From Raoultibacter sp. (GTDB lineage Bacteria; Actinomycetota; Coriobacteriia; Coriobacteriales; Eggerthellaceae), in the NCBI GenBank assembly GCA_036650075.1, contig JAVWAI010000002.1, forward strand, positions 7,652 through 71,651: a DNA stretch of 64,000 nucleotides. The letters are read 5' to 3'. Within the stretch, counting starts at the first letter, position 1; each line of letters begins with the position of its first letter. The notes below the pieces were generated by a model. That model did no database searches and was not told where the DNA came from. It was given only the letters and a program-made list of their open reading frames with translations. Made by a program: the position numbers and the translations under genes. Positions 28,298 to 38,700 of the stretch are shown piece after piece.

Positions 28298-28804
28298 TTA
28301 TACTTCGTCGTCCAAGCTGACACCCGAAAGCTGAGCGGCGAGTTTCTTGGAAGGAGTATAAACCTTCTTCGGAGCGCGACCCTCGATGGTGACACCCATG
28401 GAGCGGGCGGTACCGGCAATGATTTCCATTGCAGCTTCGATAGTGTTCGCATTCAGGTCGGGCATCTTGATTTCAGCGATTTCGCGAAGCTGATCTTCGG
28501 TCAATTCGCCGACTTTTTGCAGCTGCGGAAGACCGGAGCCGCTCTTCAACGAAAGCTTTTCCTTAATCAGGATAGCTGCCGGAGGAGTCTTGCAGATGAA
28601 GGTAAAGGTCTTATCTTCATATACCGTGATTTCGACAGGAATGATGGTGCCGGACTGATCCTGCGTTGCGGCGTTGAACGCCTGGCAGAATTGCATGATG
28701 TTGACGCCCTGGGCGCCAAGGGCCGGACCGACCGGAGGAGCGGGATTTGCCGCACCTGCGGGGATTTGAAGCTTAATAAAGCCTGTTGCTTTTTTATCAG
28801 CCAT
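28298..28804 (-). CDS. rplK: 50S ribosomal protein L11, with a ~25-aa C-terminal extension
   Basis: [33 protein letters not shown] is the L11 signature. The protein is 168 aa versus the usual ~141, and it continues past the usual end ([12 protein letters not shown]) with [26 protein letters not shown]. Confidence 0.95.
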   Translation of the reverse strand: MADKKATGFIKLQIPAGAANPAPPVGPALGAQGVNIMQFCQAFNAATQDQSGTIIPVEITVYEDKTFTFICKTPPAAILIKEKLSLKSGSGLPQLQKVGELTEDQLREIAEIKMPDLNANTIEAAMEIIAGTARSMGVTIEGRAPKKVYTPSKKLAAQLSGVSLDDEV

Positions 28805-28912
28805 TTCTAAAAGTTCCTTTCAGCTGAGACAATGCTCATAACTTACTCTATCGACAAGCGTTCATGCGTGAGAAGCCCTGTCCACCAGGCACGCTAACGC
28901 GTTGTTCTCAAA

Positions 28913-29443
28913 TTAAATGCGTGAAACCTGATCGAACGAAAGCTCAACCGGCGTTTCGCGGCCAAAGATCGATACGAGGACCTTAACCTTACCGGCTTCA
29001 GGAGACACTTCAGAAACCACGCCGTCGAATTCGGCCAAAGGACCGGATACAACTTTCACCGACTGCCCCACTTCCAATGTTGTAGAAGTCTTCTTTGGAG
29101 TTTCGCGGTCAGCGCGCTTCATGATTTTATTGTATTCGTCGCGCGTCAAAGGCTCCGGAGAACCCTGGCTACCGACAAAACCGGTTACACCCGGGGTGTT
29201 GCGAACCGCAGCCCAGCTGCGATCATCGAGATCCATACGAACGAGAACGTATCCGGGGAAAACTTTCTTTTCGCTTTCCACACGACGTCCGCCGTCTTTA
29301 ATCTCGCTTACGATTTCCGTGGGAATCTCAATGGCGAACACACTGTTCTCCAGACCCATGGTTTCAATGCGAATTTCAAGATTCTTCTTAACTTTATTTT
29401 CATATCCAGAATAGGTGTGCAAAACGTACCATTTTTTTGACAT
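28913..29443 (-). CDS. nusG: Transcription termination/antitermination factor NusG
   Basis: [18 protein letters not shown] is the NGN start, and a KOW motif lies at the C-terminus. ATG at 29441-29443, directly after the secE stop. The 48 upstream codons in the track ORF overlap secE and are rejected. Confidence 0.96.
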   Translation of the reverse strand: MSKKWYVLHTYSGYENKVKKNLEIRIETMGLENSVFAIEIPTEIVSEIKDGGRRVESEKKVFPGYVLVRMDLDDRSWAAVRNTPGVTGFVGSQGSPEPLTRDEYNKIMKRADRETPKKTSTTLEVGQSVKVVSGPLAEFDGVVSEVSPEAGKVKVLVSIFGRETPVELSFDQVSRI

Positions 29444-29448
29444 ACGTA

Positions 29449-29820
29449 TTACGCCCCTATACTTGAAATACCGACCAATATGGGCGTTACGACAAAGTTG
29501 TCGAGCACCATCACATAAGCACCGAAGAACACGAGAGCAACCACAACGACGACACTCCAACGGAGCACGTCTTTTTTGGTCGGCCACGTAACCCGCTTCA
29601 ATTCAGAACGAACCTCTGATAAGAAGTTGGGTTTTTTCGCCTTTTTTTCGGGCTTCTTCTCTTGTTTTTCCTCAACGGGCGCAGCGTCGGTCTTCTTAGC
29701 AAAAAATTTCTTTTCTTTTTGCTCGACCACTTCCACAGGTGCGCTTGCCTCTTCAATCTTCTTAGCCGCGCGGCTTGCAGATGCTCTTGCTCGTTGTGTC
29801 TTTGATTTCTTTGCCATCAT
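29449..29820 (-). CDS. secE: Preprotein translocase subunit SecE with a Lys/Ala/Glu-rich N-terminal extension
   Basis: The C-terminal segment [13 protein letters not shown] plus a single TM matches the conserved SecE core. It sits between tRNA-Trp and nusG. Confidence 0.9.
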   Translation of the reverse strand: MMAKKSKTQRARASASRAAKKIEEASAPVEVVEQKEKKFFAKKTDAAPVEEKQEKKPEKKAKKPNFLSEVRSELKRVTWPTKKDVLRWSVVVVVALVFFGAYVMVLDNFVVTPILVGISSIGA

Positions 29821-29898
29821 TTTCCTTTTTTGCTCTGGAAATCGCCGTGTCTATAACGCCAAACAAGCAGCCTTCTCAAGCTGCTCATACCAACAAGC

Positions 29899-29975
29899 TG
29901 GCAGGCCAGGAGGGACTCGAACCCCCAACATGCGGTTTTGGAGACCGCCGCTCTACCAATTGGAGCTACTGGCCT
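29899..29975 (-). tRNA. trpT: tRNA-Trp (anticodon CCA), 3' CCA encoded
   Basis: Hand-folded minus strand: AGGCCAG TA GCTC..GAGC G GCGGT CTCCAAA ACCGC .. GGGGG TTCGAGT CCCTC CTGGCCT G CCA. The acceptor stem has 7 bp and the anticodon loop reads CT-CCA-AA. Confidence 0.93.
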
Positions 29976-29992
29976 ATCTTATGCCCAACCTA

Positions 29993-30142
29993 CTATCGAG
30001 TTTCCTTGTGCAGCGTATGATGTCCGCACCACTTGCAATATTTCTTCATCTCGATACGATCAGGATTGTTCTGCTTGTTCTTCTTGGTCGTATAATTGCG
30101 GCGTTTGCAATCAGTGCAAGCCAAGGTGACCAATGTACGCAT
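29993..30142 (-). CDS. rpmG: 50S ribosomal protein L33
   Basis: Own translation (below the track length cutoff): [49 protein letters not shown]. It has the CxxC...CxxC zinc-ribbon form of L33, with ATG at 30140-30142 and TAG at 29993-29995. Confidence 0.93.
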   Translation of the reverse strand: MRTLVTLACTDCKRRNYTTKKNKQNNPDRIEMKKYCKWCGHHTLHKETR

Positions 30143-30204
30143 GAATTCTCCTTTAAATATTTACCTTTTCGAGCCTGAGCCCATACACATGATAAGCATG
30201 ATAC

Positions 30205-30229
30205 CGGAGCCCGCGTGATGCGGGCTCCG
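30205..30229 (-). terminator. GC-rich hairpin between tuf and rpmG (attenuator or processing site; weak T-tract)
   Basis: CGGAGCCCGC-GTGAT-GCGGGCTCCG, a 10-bp stem. No clean U-run follows on the minus strand. Confidence 0.4.
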
Positions 30230-30251
30230 ATGTGCATCAAAGAAACAAGAG

Positions 30252-31454
<1,203 letters not shown>

Positions 31455-31538
31455 GCTAATCCTCCTTACGAGTTTCGCTTTTGCGAAAAATTTAACTAAT
31501 ACCGTACGCGCATGTGTGAAACATGCGAAAATTCTCAA

Positions 31539-31615
31539 TGGTAGCGGTGACTGGATTTGAACCAGTGACGCCACGGGTATGAACCGTGTGCTCTAACCAG
31601 CTGAGCTACACCGCC
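31539..31615 (-). tRNA. metT: tRNA-Met (anticodon CAT), elongator type, CCA encoded
   Basis: Hand fold: GGCGGTG TA GCTC AGCTGGTTA GAGC A CACGG TTCATAC CCGTG GCGTC ACTGG TTCAAAT CCAGT CACCGCT A CCA. It lacks the three consecutive G-C pairs next to the anticodon loop and the 1:72 mismatch of initiator tRNA. A lysidine-modified tRNA-Ile2 cannot be excluded. Confidence 0.85.
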
Positions 31616-31671
31616 ATCTTGAATAAATAAGTGAATGAAACATTTCGGTTCCACCCACTGGAGAAAGTAAA

Positions 31672-31747
31672 TGGAGCCCGCGACCGGATTTGAACCGGTG
31701 ACCTCTTCGTTACCAACGAAGTGCTCTACCGACTGAGCTACACGGGC
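31672..31747 (-). tRNA. thrT: tRNA-Thr (anticodon GGT), CCA encoded
   Basis: Hand fold: GCCCGTG TA GCTC AGTCGGTA GAGC A CTTCG TTGGTAA CGAAG AGGTC ACCGG TTCAAAT CCGGT CGCGGGC T CCA. Confidence 0.92.
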
Positions 31748-31752
31748 ATAAA

Positions 31753-31837
31753 TGGTGGGAGCGCTAGGATTCGAACCTAGGTAAGCTAAGCTAACGGGTT
31801 TACAGCCCGTCCCCTTTAACCACTCGGGCACACTCCC
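31753..31837 (-). tRNA. tyrT: tRNA-Tyr (anticodon GTA), long variable arm, CCA encoded
   Basis: Hand fold: GGGAGTG TG CCCGAGTGGTTAAAGGG G ACGGG CTGTAAA CCCGT, a 13-nt variable arm, CTAGG TTCGAAT CCTAG CGCTCCC A CCA. Confidence 0.92.
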
Positions 31838-31920
31838 AAAAAGTTCACTGCTCGTTTCATGTGTATTTTTCAAGCTGCCTGCTCTCGGTTTCCTGTAAAA
31901 GCGAACGCGCGAGCAGATGA

Positions 31921-31949
31921 ATAATACGCTAGGACTTGCAGAGTGTCAA
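31921..31949 (-). promoter_or_regulatory. Near-consensus sigma70 promoter for the tRNA-Tyr/Thr/Met-tuf operon
   Basis: Minus strand reads TTGACA (31944-31949), a 17-nt spacer, then TATTAT (31921-31926). It is about 85 nt upstream of the tRNA-Tyr 5' end. Confidence 0.7.
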
Positions 31950-32544
31950 CGGTGAACACGCCCCCGGGCGTATCTCATATTTTCCCCACAACCTAAGCAC
32001 TGAAGCACCGAACGGACGGTAGTTTAGCATAGAATCGAGCCTGCCGAACCCGATTTCAGAACTTTTTTATTTCAATTCATCGGGAAAACTACCTACACCT
32101 TCGAAATTAAAGCTACTCGCCTGGGCAAAAGCGCATACGACGCAGCAGAGCACTCCCCCGACAAGCATTCCTACGGAGACATTGCGCGCTACCCCGCAAA
32201 AGGACACCTCCCCCCATAACAACCGGGAAATACGACCACAGAGCCTCCTACCCACACAGCGTTACCTTTCACGGAAAAGAAATGTCCTTTCCGTACCTAA
32301 GGTCATCTTCTTCGCCAAATTTTCGCCTTCTCTCCCTGCAAAAAGAACACCTATATAGGTAGGCGATCGCGTATTCGACTTCTGCACATATCATTGCAAC
32401 AGCAAGCAGTCCCTCGCCGAAGCGGGAACCCTAAAGATGAAAAGGCCACGAGCGCCGATACCGGCTTCGTAGATGAACGAAAGCGGAGAGCTCGACAAAA
32501 CACCGAATCTTTTCTGATTGAACCAATAAAAGTACGCAATAAAT

Positions 32545-32580
32545 ACACATGAGCCGCATCAAAAGATACAGCTCATGTGT
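32545..32580 (-). terminator. Terminator downstream of putP
   Basis: ACACATGAGC-16 nt-GCTCATGTGT (10-bp perfect stem). The minus strand continues ATTTATTGCGTACTTTTATT. Confidence 0.55.
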
Positions 32581-32691
32581 GAAACGATATAAGCGCCTTG
32601 CGACACAATCTTTGTCGTTGGCCGTGCATGCATCAGCTACGATGCACCACCCTTTTGAATAATCATAAACCCCTTGCCTTCAGAAAATCTT

Positions 32692-34254
32692 TTAGAATTC
32701 AGAATGCATATAGGAATCAAACTCGTCGGTAACTTCTTTACTGGGCGCCTTCGTCAAAAGCGAAACTACAACGATTGCGACAAGAGCCAAAACAAAAGCG
32801 GGCAGCAATTCGTATACCCCGAAGATTCCACCCAAAGGCTTGATGAACTGGTGCCACACCAAAACCGTGATTGCACCGACAACCATACCGGCGAGCGCCC
32901 CCTGCATGTTCGCGCGACGCCAGTACAGACTTGCGAGCACCAACGGTCCGAACGCAGCGCCAAAGCCCGCCCAGGCATAGCTGACAACCTGAAAGATTGA
33001 CGAATCCTTGTCGAGAGCCACGAAAACTCCGAAGAGTAGAACCGCCACAAGCGTCAAACGAGCAACGATCATAACCTGGCGATCGGTAGCATCTTTCTTG
33101 ATAAGGCCTTTGAAGATGTTCGTCGCAACCGCCGAGCCCGAAATCAGTAGATATGAAGACGATGACGACATGGAAGCTGCAAAGATGCCGGAAACGACCA
33201 GACCACACATGAACGCCGGCAAGATCATCTTGGCAAGAACGATGAAAATATTCTCAGCCGAAGACTGAGTCAAGAACTCGACGGGAAGAACAGCACGACC
33301 AACCAAGCCGATACACACCGCACACGAAAGCGAGATGACAACCCAAGTGGTTGCAATCAAGCGCGATTTTTTAATCTCATCGGAATGGCGCACACTCATA
33401 AAACGAACGAGTACCTGAGGCATGCCGCAGTAGCCCAGACCCCACGACAGGCAGGAAACGATAGCGATGATGCCATATTCACCCGGGATGCCGAAAACAG
33501 GCAGACCATTTTCAATCACCTGCAGATTGCCCGTGTCAAGCACAGGCGTCGCAATCTGGGTTCCACTGAGAAATCCGGGGATATTCTGCAAAAAAGTTAC
33601 GGTGTTCTCAACACCGCCAGCTGCAGTGACGCTGCCCACGAATACGATGATAAGCGCGAAAAACATAAGGGTGCCTTGAACAAGGTCGGTTGTGCAAACA
33701 GAAAGATAGCCGCCAACAAACGTATAAAGAAACACGATAATAGCGCCGAGAACCATCATCGTTGCATAATCGAGCCCGAACAGCGTTGAAAATAATTTAC
33801 CGCAGGTAACGAAGCAGCTGCCGGTGTAAATACAGAAGAACAGCAAGATAATAAGCGCCGCCATAGTCATAAGGATGTTCTTCTTATCATGGAACCGATT
33901 CGAGAAAAAATCGGGAATGGTGATGGAATTGTTGGCGACCTCGGAGTATTTACGTAGGCGACGAGCAACGAATTTCCAGTTGAGATAGGTACCGAGCGCC
34001 AAGCCAATCGCTGTCCACATAGCGTCCGACGCACCCGTAAAGTAAGCTACTCCAGGAAGACCCATGAGCAACCAGCCCGACATATCGCTTGCTTCAGCCG
34101 AAAGCGCTGTCAGCCACGGACCAAGCCCTCGCCCACCGAGAAAATAATTTTCCGATGAAGAATTTGATTTTTTCACATAGACGAAACCGATCGTAACAAC
34201 GACGACGAAATAGAGGAGCATTGCAAGCAACACCCAGAAATCGTTTGAAACCAT
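32692..34254 (-). CDS. putP: Sodium/proline symporter (SSS family)
   Basis: 13-TM-type SSS transporter. It begins MVSNDFWVLLAMLLYF...YFLGGRGLGPWLTALSAEASDMSGWLLMGLPG, which is typical of PutP. ATG at 34252-34254 has AAGGGAGAAG upstream. The track ORF adds 26 codons. Confidence 0.88.
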   Translation of the reverse strand: MVSNDFWVLLAMLLYFVVVVTIGFVYVKKSNSSSENYFLGGRGLGPWLTALSAEASDMSGWLLMGLPGVAYFTGASDAMWTAIGLALGTYLNWKFVARRLRKYSEVANNSITIPDFFSNRFHDKKNILMTMAALIILLFFCIYTGSCFVTCGKLFSTLFGLDYATMMVLGAIIVFLYTFVGGYLSVCTTDLVQGTLMFFALIIVFVGSVTAAGGVENTVTFLQNIPGFLSGTQIATPVLDTGNLQVIENGLPVFGIPGEYGIIAIVSCLSWGLGYCGMPQVLVRFMSVRHSDEIKKSRLIATTWVVISLSCAVCIGLVGRAVLPVEFLTQSSAENIFIVLAKMILPAFMCGLVVSGIFAASMSSSSSYLLISGSAVATNIFKGLIKKDATDRQVMIVARLTLVAVLLFGVFVALDKDSSIFQVVSYAWAGFGAAFGPLVLASLYWRRANMQGALAGMVVGAITVLVWHQFIKPLGGIFGVYELLPAFVLALVAIVVVSLLTKAPSKEVTDEFDSYMHSEF

Positions 34255-34432
34255 GTCTTCTCCCTTTATAATGAACATTATTGAGAAGCTGCGTGAAGCC
34301 AATGTGGTCGGGTAAGTGCACCGTCCGTCCATCCTGGCCTCAAGGAGCTTAACTTTTTGGATTATACTTTATTTGAGTGGAGTGTTTCCTAGGAATACTA
34401 ACAACTTCGACAGGATGGCGAAAGGAACCGGC

Positions 34433-35719
34433 ATGACGGCATTTGCAGAAATGGAAAAAGAGGAATTAAAAGTGCTTCGGGCGCGACTCGAAGATGAATA
34501 TGCAGGTTTTAAGGCCAAGGGTTTGCAACTGAATATGGCTCGCGGCAAGCCGTCGAAGGCGCAGCTCGACTTGAGCTTACCGCTGCTCGATATACTTTCC
34601 TCCGAATCCAATCTCAACGCCGCCGATGGCACCGATTGCCGTAATTACGGCATAGGCGCGGGGTTACCCGAAGCCAAGGCCTTTATGGCCGCGATGCTCG
34701 ACGACGAAGCCGATAACGTGATTATCTTTGGCAACGCAAGCCTCAACATTATGTACGACGCTGTTATGCGCTGCTGGATTTTCGGCACTCTCGGATCGAC
34801 GCCCTGGGGCAAGCTCGCTGACGTTAAGTGGCTTTGTCCGGTTCCTGGCTACGATCGTCACTTCGGCATAACCGAAGAATTCGGCATCGAAATGATTCCC
34901 GTACCCATGGACGTCAACGGCCCCGACATGGATATGGTCGAAAAACTGGTTGCTGAAGATGCCTCCATCAAGGGTATCTGGTGCGTTCCGAAGTATTCAA
35001 ACCCCGGCGGCGTGACCTATTCCGATGAAGTCGTCAACCGCCTTGCCTCCATGAAATGCGCTGCTAAAGATTTCCGTATCTTTTGGGACAACGCCTACAG
35101 CGTGCATCATCTCTATGAAGAAGCAGCCGATCAAGATCAGCTGCTCGACATCGGTTCTACCTGCATAGCCGCTGGCAACCCGGATCGCTATTTCAAATTC
35201 GCGTCCACCTCCAAGGTCACCTTCCCCGGTGCCGGTATTTCCGCACTCGCCGCAAGCCCGGCCAATATTGCCGAGGCCACCAAACGCGTCGGCGTGCAGA
35301 CCATCGGTCACGACAAGCTCAACCAACTGCGGCACGTGCGCTTCCTGCACGATTTCGACGGATTGACCGCCCACATGGCAAAACATGCCGCCATCGTGCG
35401 TCCCAAGTTCGAACTGGTGTGCGCAAAACTCGCCGCAAGCCTCGAAGGTACCGGTTGCGGCTCATGGAGCAATCCGCGTGGTGGCTATTTCGTTTCGTTT
35501 GACGCCCCAACCGGTACCGCAAAGCGCGCTGTAGCACTCGCAAAGGAAGCCGGCGTGGTTATGACCGGTGCGGGCGCTACCTATCCCTACAAAAAAGATC
35601 CGCTCGACAGCAACATCCGCATCGCCCCGACGCTGCCGCCACTCGAAGAATTGGATGCAGCCATCGACGTGTTCGTCTGCTGCGTGAAACTGGCTAGCGT
35701 TGAGTCGCTTTTGGCCTAA
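34433..35719 (+). CDS. PLP-dependent aminotransferase (fold type I, aspartate-aminotransferase-like)
   Basis: ~428 aa. NMARGKPS and the STSKVTFPGAGIS motif (putative PLP lysine) resemble the ~430-aa aminotransferase family common in anaerobes. ATG at 34433 follows AAAGGA. Substrate is not assignable. Confidence 0.75.
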   Translation: MTAFAEMEKEELKVLRARLEDEYAGFKAKGLQLNMARGKPSKAQLDLSLPLLDILSSESNLNAADGTDCRNYGIGAGLPEAKAFMAAMLDDEADNVIIFGNASLNIMYDAVMRCWIFGTLGSTPWGKLADVKWLCPVPGYDRHFGITEEFGIEMIPVPMDVNGPDMDMVEKLVAEDASIKGIWCVPKYSNPGGVTYSDEVVNRLASMKCAAKDFRIFWDNAYSVHHLYEEAADQDQLLDIGSTCIAAGNPDRYFKFASTSKVTFPGAGISALAASPANIAEATKRVGVQTIGHDKLNQLRHVRFLHDFDGLTAHMAKHAAIVRPKFELVCAKLAASLEGTGCGSWSNPRGGYFVSFDAPTGTAKRAVALAKEAGVVMTGAGATYPYKKDPLDSNIRIAPTLPPLEELDAAIDVFVCCVKLASVESLLA

Positions 35720-35737
35720 CGATTCCAATGACGGCAG

Positions 35738-35772
35738 AAACAAGAAGGCACCCTCTGGGTGCCTTCTTGTTT
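35738..35772. terminator. Bidirectional terminator between the aminotransferase gene and addA
   Basis: AAACAAGAAGGCACCC-TCT-GGGTGCCTTCTTGTTT, a 16-bp perfect stem with A/T runs on both sides. Confidence 0.8.
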
Positions 35773-35794
35773 CTGTATCACTCCCGCCAAGGAG

Positions 35795-38700
35795 CTAGTG
35801 AGCTTTTTTGTAGGCGGCAAGGATCGTTTTTTCGAGATTGGGTCGATCGACTGATTCAAAATGATAGGCAACCACCTGGGGCTGCGCAAAATCAGCGGCA
35901 TCGTGTTGTTCGACGCGAACGAAGGCAAAATCAATCATTTCAACGCCCTGCGACAAGATTGCACAGGCGTAACACGTGGCTTGGAGCAAATGCTTGTCCT
36001 GCAGTTGGTCGGGCGATTCTTCAGGGGATCCTCCCGTTTTGTAGTCGACGACAAACGCCTGCGTACCTGACCCATCAAGGCAGAGCAGGTCGATTTCACC
36101 CTCCATGAAAAGGGACGCGCATCCACCGTCGACCTTTACGAAAAACGGGACCTCGGCGCGCATTGACGCATTTGACTCCGCTCTACGCGCGATATCGGAA
36201 TCGAACCAACGCGAAAGCGCTTCGTCAAGTCGCGCTCTCACATCGCCTGCAACCCCATACTGCCGAGCTATTGCGTCGAGGCGCTCACGCGCGGGCATGA
36301 CCAGACGACCTGTATGATCGGGGGCGGCAGCTACGGCAAATTCGGCTGCTCGGTGAAACGCCGTACCGAAATCGGTTGCCGCAACCGCCGGAACGAACCC
36401 GGCATCATCATCTTCGCCGCGTCGCGCTTCCGCGACGGAATCGAATGAGACTTCATCGTTTTGAGAAACCCGCGCCGAAGCGGTGCTGATATCGTCAATT
36501 TCCTGCCGCGAGAGATGCTCTTCATGGGGGGCTATCCCCGAATAGGAAAACACCCCTTCGCGCAGTTTGATCGGCAAGTATGCCAAAGGCTCAAGCGGCC
36601 GCAAGACGGGAATCCGCAAACTGCCGACCACAGAGGAGGTATCAGTGCGGCCGGTCTCAGCGCCCAAAAGACCTGAATCCCCCCGTTGGGAGTCGTCGTC
36701 TTCGGTGCCAGCATATATCCGCGCAAAATGGGCAGGGGCGCTCCCTCCGTATTCAAGCAGCGTTTCCTCTTCAGGGAAATACGCATCCCCGAGCAATGCC
36801 GACCGAATATCGTCGAGCAAAGGAGTGTTTTCGGCACACCACGCAAGAGGATCCTTTTTCGTTGCTTTCACGATGCCTCCCACAATCAGGCATTCGCTTG
36901 CCCGCGTCAGCGCGACATAGAGTTTGCGCTTTCCTTCTGCGGCGTCCTCTTCGACTTCTCGATTATAAAGAGCGATACCGAACTCTGCAGGATCGGATGC
37001 AGCGCGGGGATCGTTCAACTGTCCTGAAAGAGAATTCCTGTATTGATACCCACCAGAAACCGGCGATTGATAAGCGCTTTTCCCCGCAGAAAGCTGCAGA
37101 AAGAGTGACCCCTCCGAAGCGGTAGAGAGAAAGCGAGCGTAGTTCGGTTTCGAAGCATCATAAGCAGCAACCGCAACAATGGGGAATTCCAAACCCTTTG
37201 ATTTATGGACAGTCATGATACGCACCGCATTCTGGTTTTCAACCGAAAGCGAACCCTGGCCATCTTTTATTCCCGCATTCATCATGGCAGAAAAATCACG
37301 CGCGACCTGGGCCAGACCATACCCCGGATTATCCTCCAATTCCTCAACCTTTCGAACCGCTTTGAGGATATTGGAAGCAACGGCTGTGCCCTGCACACCC
37401 TGAGACTCAAGGCGGGCGAACCATCCCGAATCGAGCAGTATGCCCATAAGTACCTGTGAGGGAGATTGCGTCACAAGAGAGGCCCGGGCACGTGCGAACA
37501 TCTCAGCCGCATGGTTTAGCAAGGTAGAATCGCCGGCTGCAACTTCATAGAGACCGCGATCAATCGATCGTCGCTGCGTACGCCCATCCGGCGTCACGTC
37601 AGTGGCAAGCTGAATGAAATCATCAGCCGAAAGCTGCAGAAGTGGTCCGGTTAGCACCGAAAAGAGAGCTTGGGTGTTAGCGGGGTCTGCTAACACCTGC
37701 AGCAGGTTGTCGATAACGTTTACTTCCTCCGCTTTACAAAAGCTCGACCCCCCCACCATAATGCACTCGAAATTTTCATCGCGAAGCGCCGAAGCGTAGA
37801 CTGCAGCACGAGTCGTCTTACCCAACAGCAGTACCATTTCGCTCGGACGGTGACCAGCTTTGCGCAGTTCTGCAAGTCGGTGAGCGATGCCTCGCGCTTC
37901 CGCCTCGACCGCTTCTTCCACCTTGCCTTCAAAAACTGTCAACTGGATATCGACACGGGGGGTCTTACCTTTATATATACCAGATTCTCGACGAGAGGCC
38001 TTCAGGTCGAGGAAGTTGCTACCGAATACGGTTTCCTGGGAACAGATGCGCCGAACGAAAGCCAAAATATCCCCATGACTCCGGAAATTATCATCGAGCT
38101 GAGCGCAAAGCGCTTCAGGGCCAAATTCCTCGACTCGAGCGCAATGGGCATTATATATATGAACATCAGCACCACGGAAACGATAGATACTCTGCTGTGC
38201 GTCACCAACAGTGCATAAATGCTCAAGTCCTGTCAGTTTCGTAATCAAATCAACCTGCATCTGATCGGTGTCCTGAAATTCATCAACCATAACCATTTTA
38301 AACTGCTTGCGATAACGCTCAGCAAGGGCAGGATACTCGGTCAACACGTTCAAGGTTGTGCGAAGAAGACCATTCTGATCAAGCCCCGCACGTTCTTTGA
38401 GCATTCTGTCATAAGTTACAAGAACCTCGCGGGTAAGCTCCAGCAGGCTTTCGGTTAAGTGTCGCCCGCGAGCAGCATTCGCAATCACGTACATTTTGTC
38501 CAGGGCTTGTTGCGAAGCTATTGCCGCTTCTTTTTCCTCGTCTCCCCCGAACATACCGATGCGCTCAACGTTGCGCACCACCTCCATGAGTTCGTCGAAA
38601 TCCTGACTTCCCGATTCAAGAAAAAGTTGCAGCGCTGCGCAGGCCGCACGTGAATTCTCTGCACTTGTAATGATTTTTACTCCCGCTTTCGCGGTTAATT

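Noticed and set aside
31455-31574. N-terminal extensions of track ORFs for tuf (to 31574), nusG (to 29587), rplA (to 28226), napG (from 48264), napB (from 51636), murB, ftsW, rsmH, gadC, putP, addB and the two binding proteins.
   Set aside because: The extensions overlap upstream genes or a tRNA, lack an RBS, and precede the canonical conserved N-termini (for example [25 protein letters not shown]). In each case an internal ATG with a Shine-Dalgarno at 5-9 nt was verified in the printed sequence.
31539-31615. tRNA with a CAT anticodon as the initiator tRNA-fMet.
   Set aside because: The anticodon stem (CACGG/CCGTG) lacks the three consecutive G-C pairs adjacent to the loop. Position 1:72 is a G-U pair rather than the C-A type mismatch of bacterial initiators. 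Its position matches metT in the actinobacterial tyrT-thrT-metT cluster.
31950-32690. The ORF-poor region as RNase P RNA, tmRNA or SRP RNA.
   Set aside because: On either strand I could not find the GAGGAAAGTCC-type P4 element of RNase P, a tRNA-like GGGG...TCCACCA frame with a tag ORF for tmRNA, or the GGTCCGGAAGGAAGC-type SRP domain IV motif.
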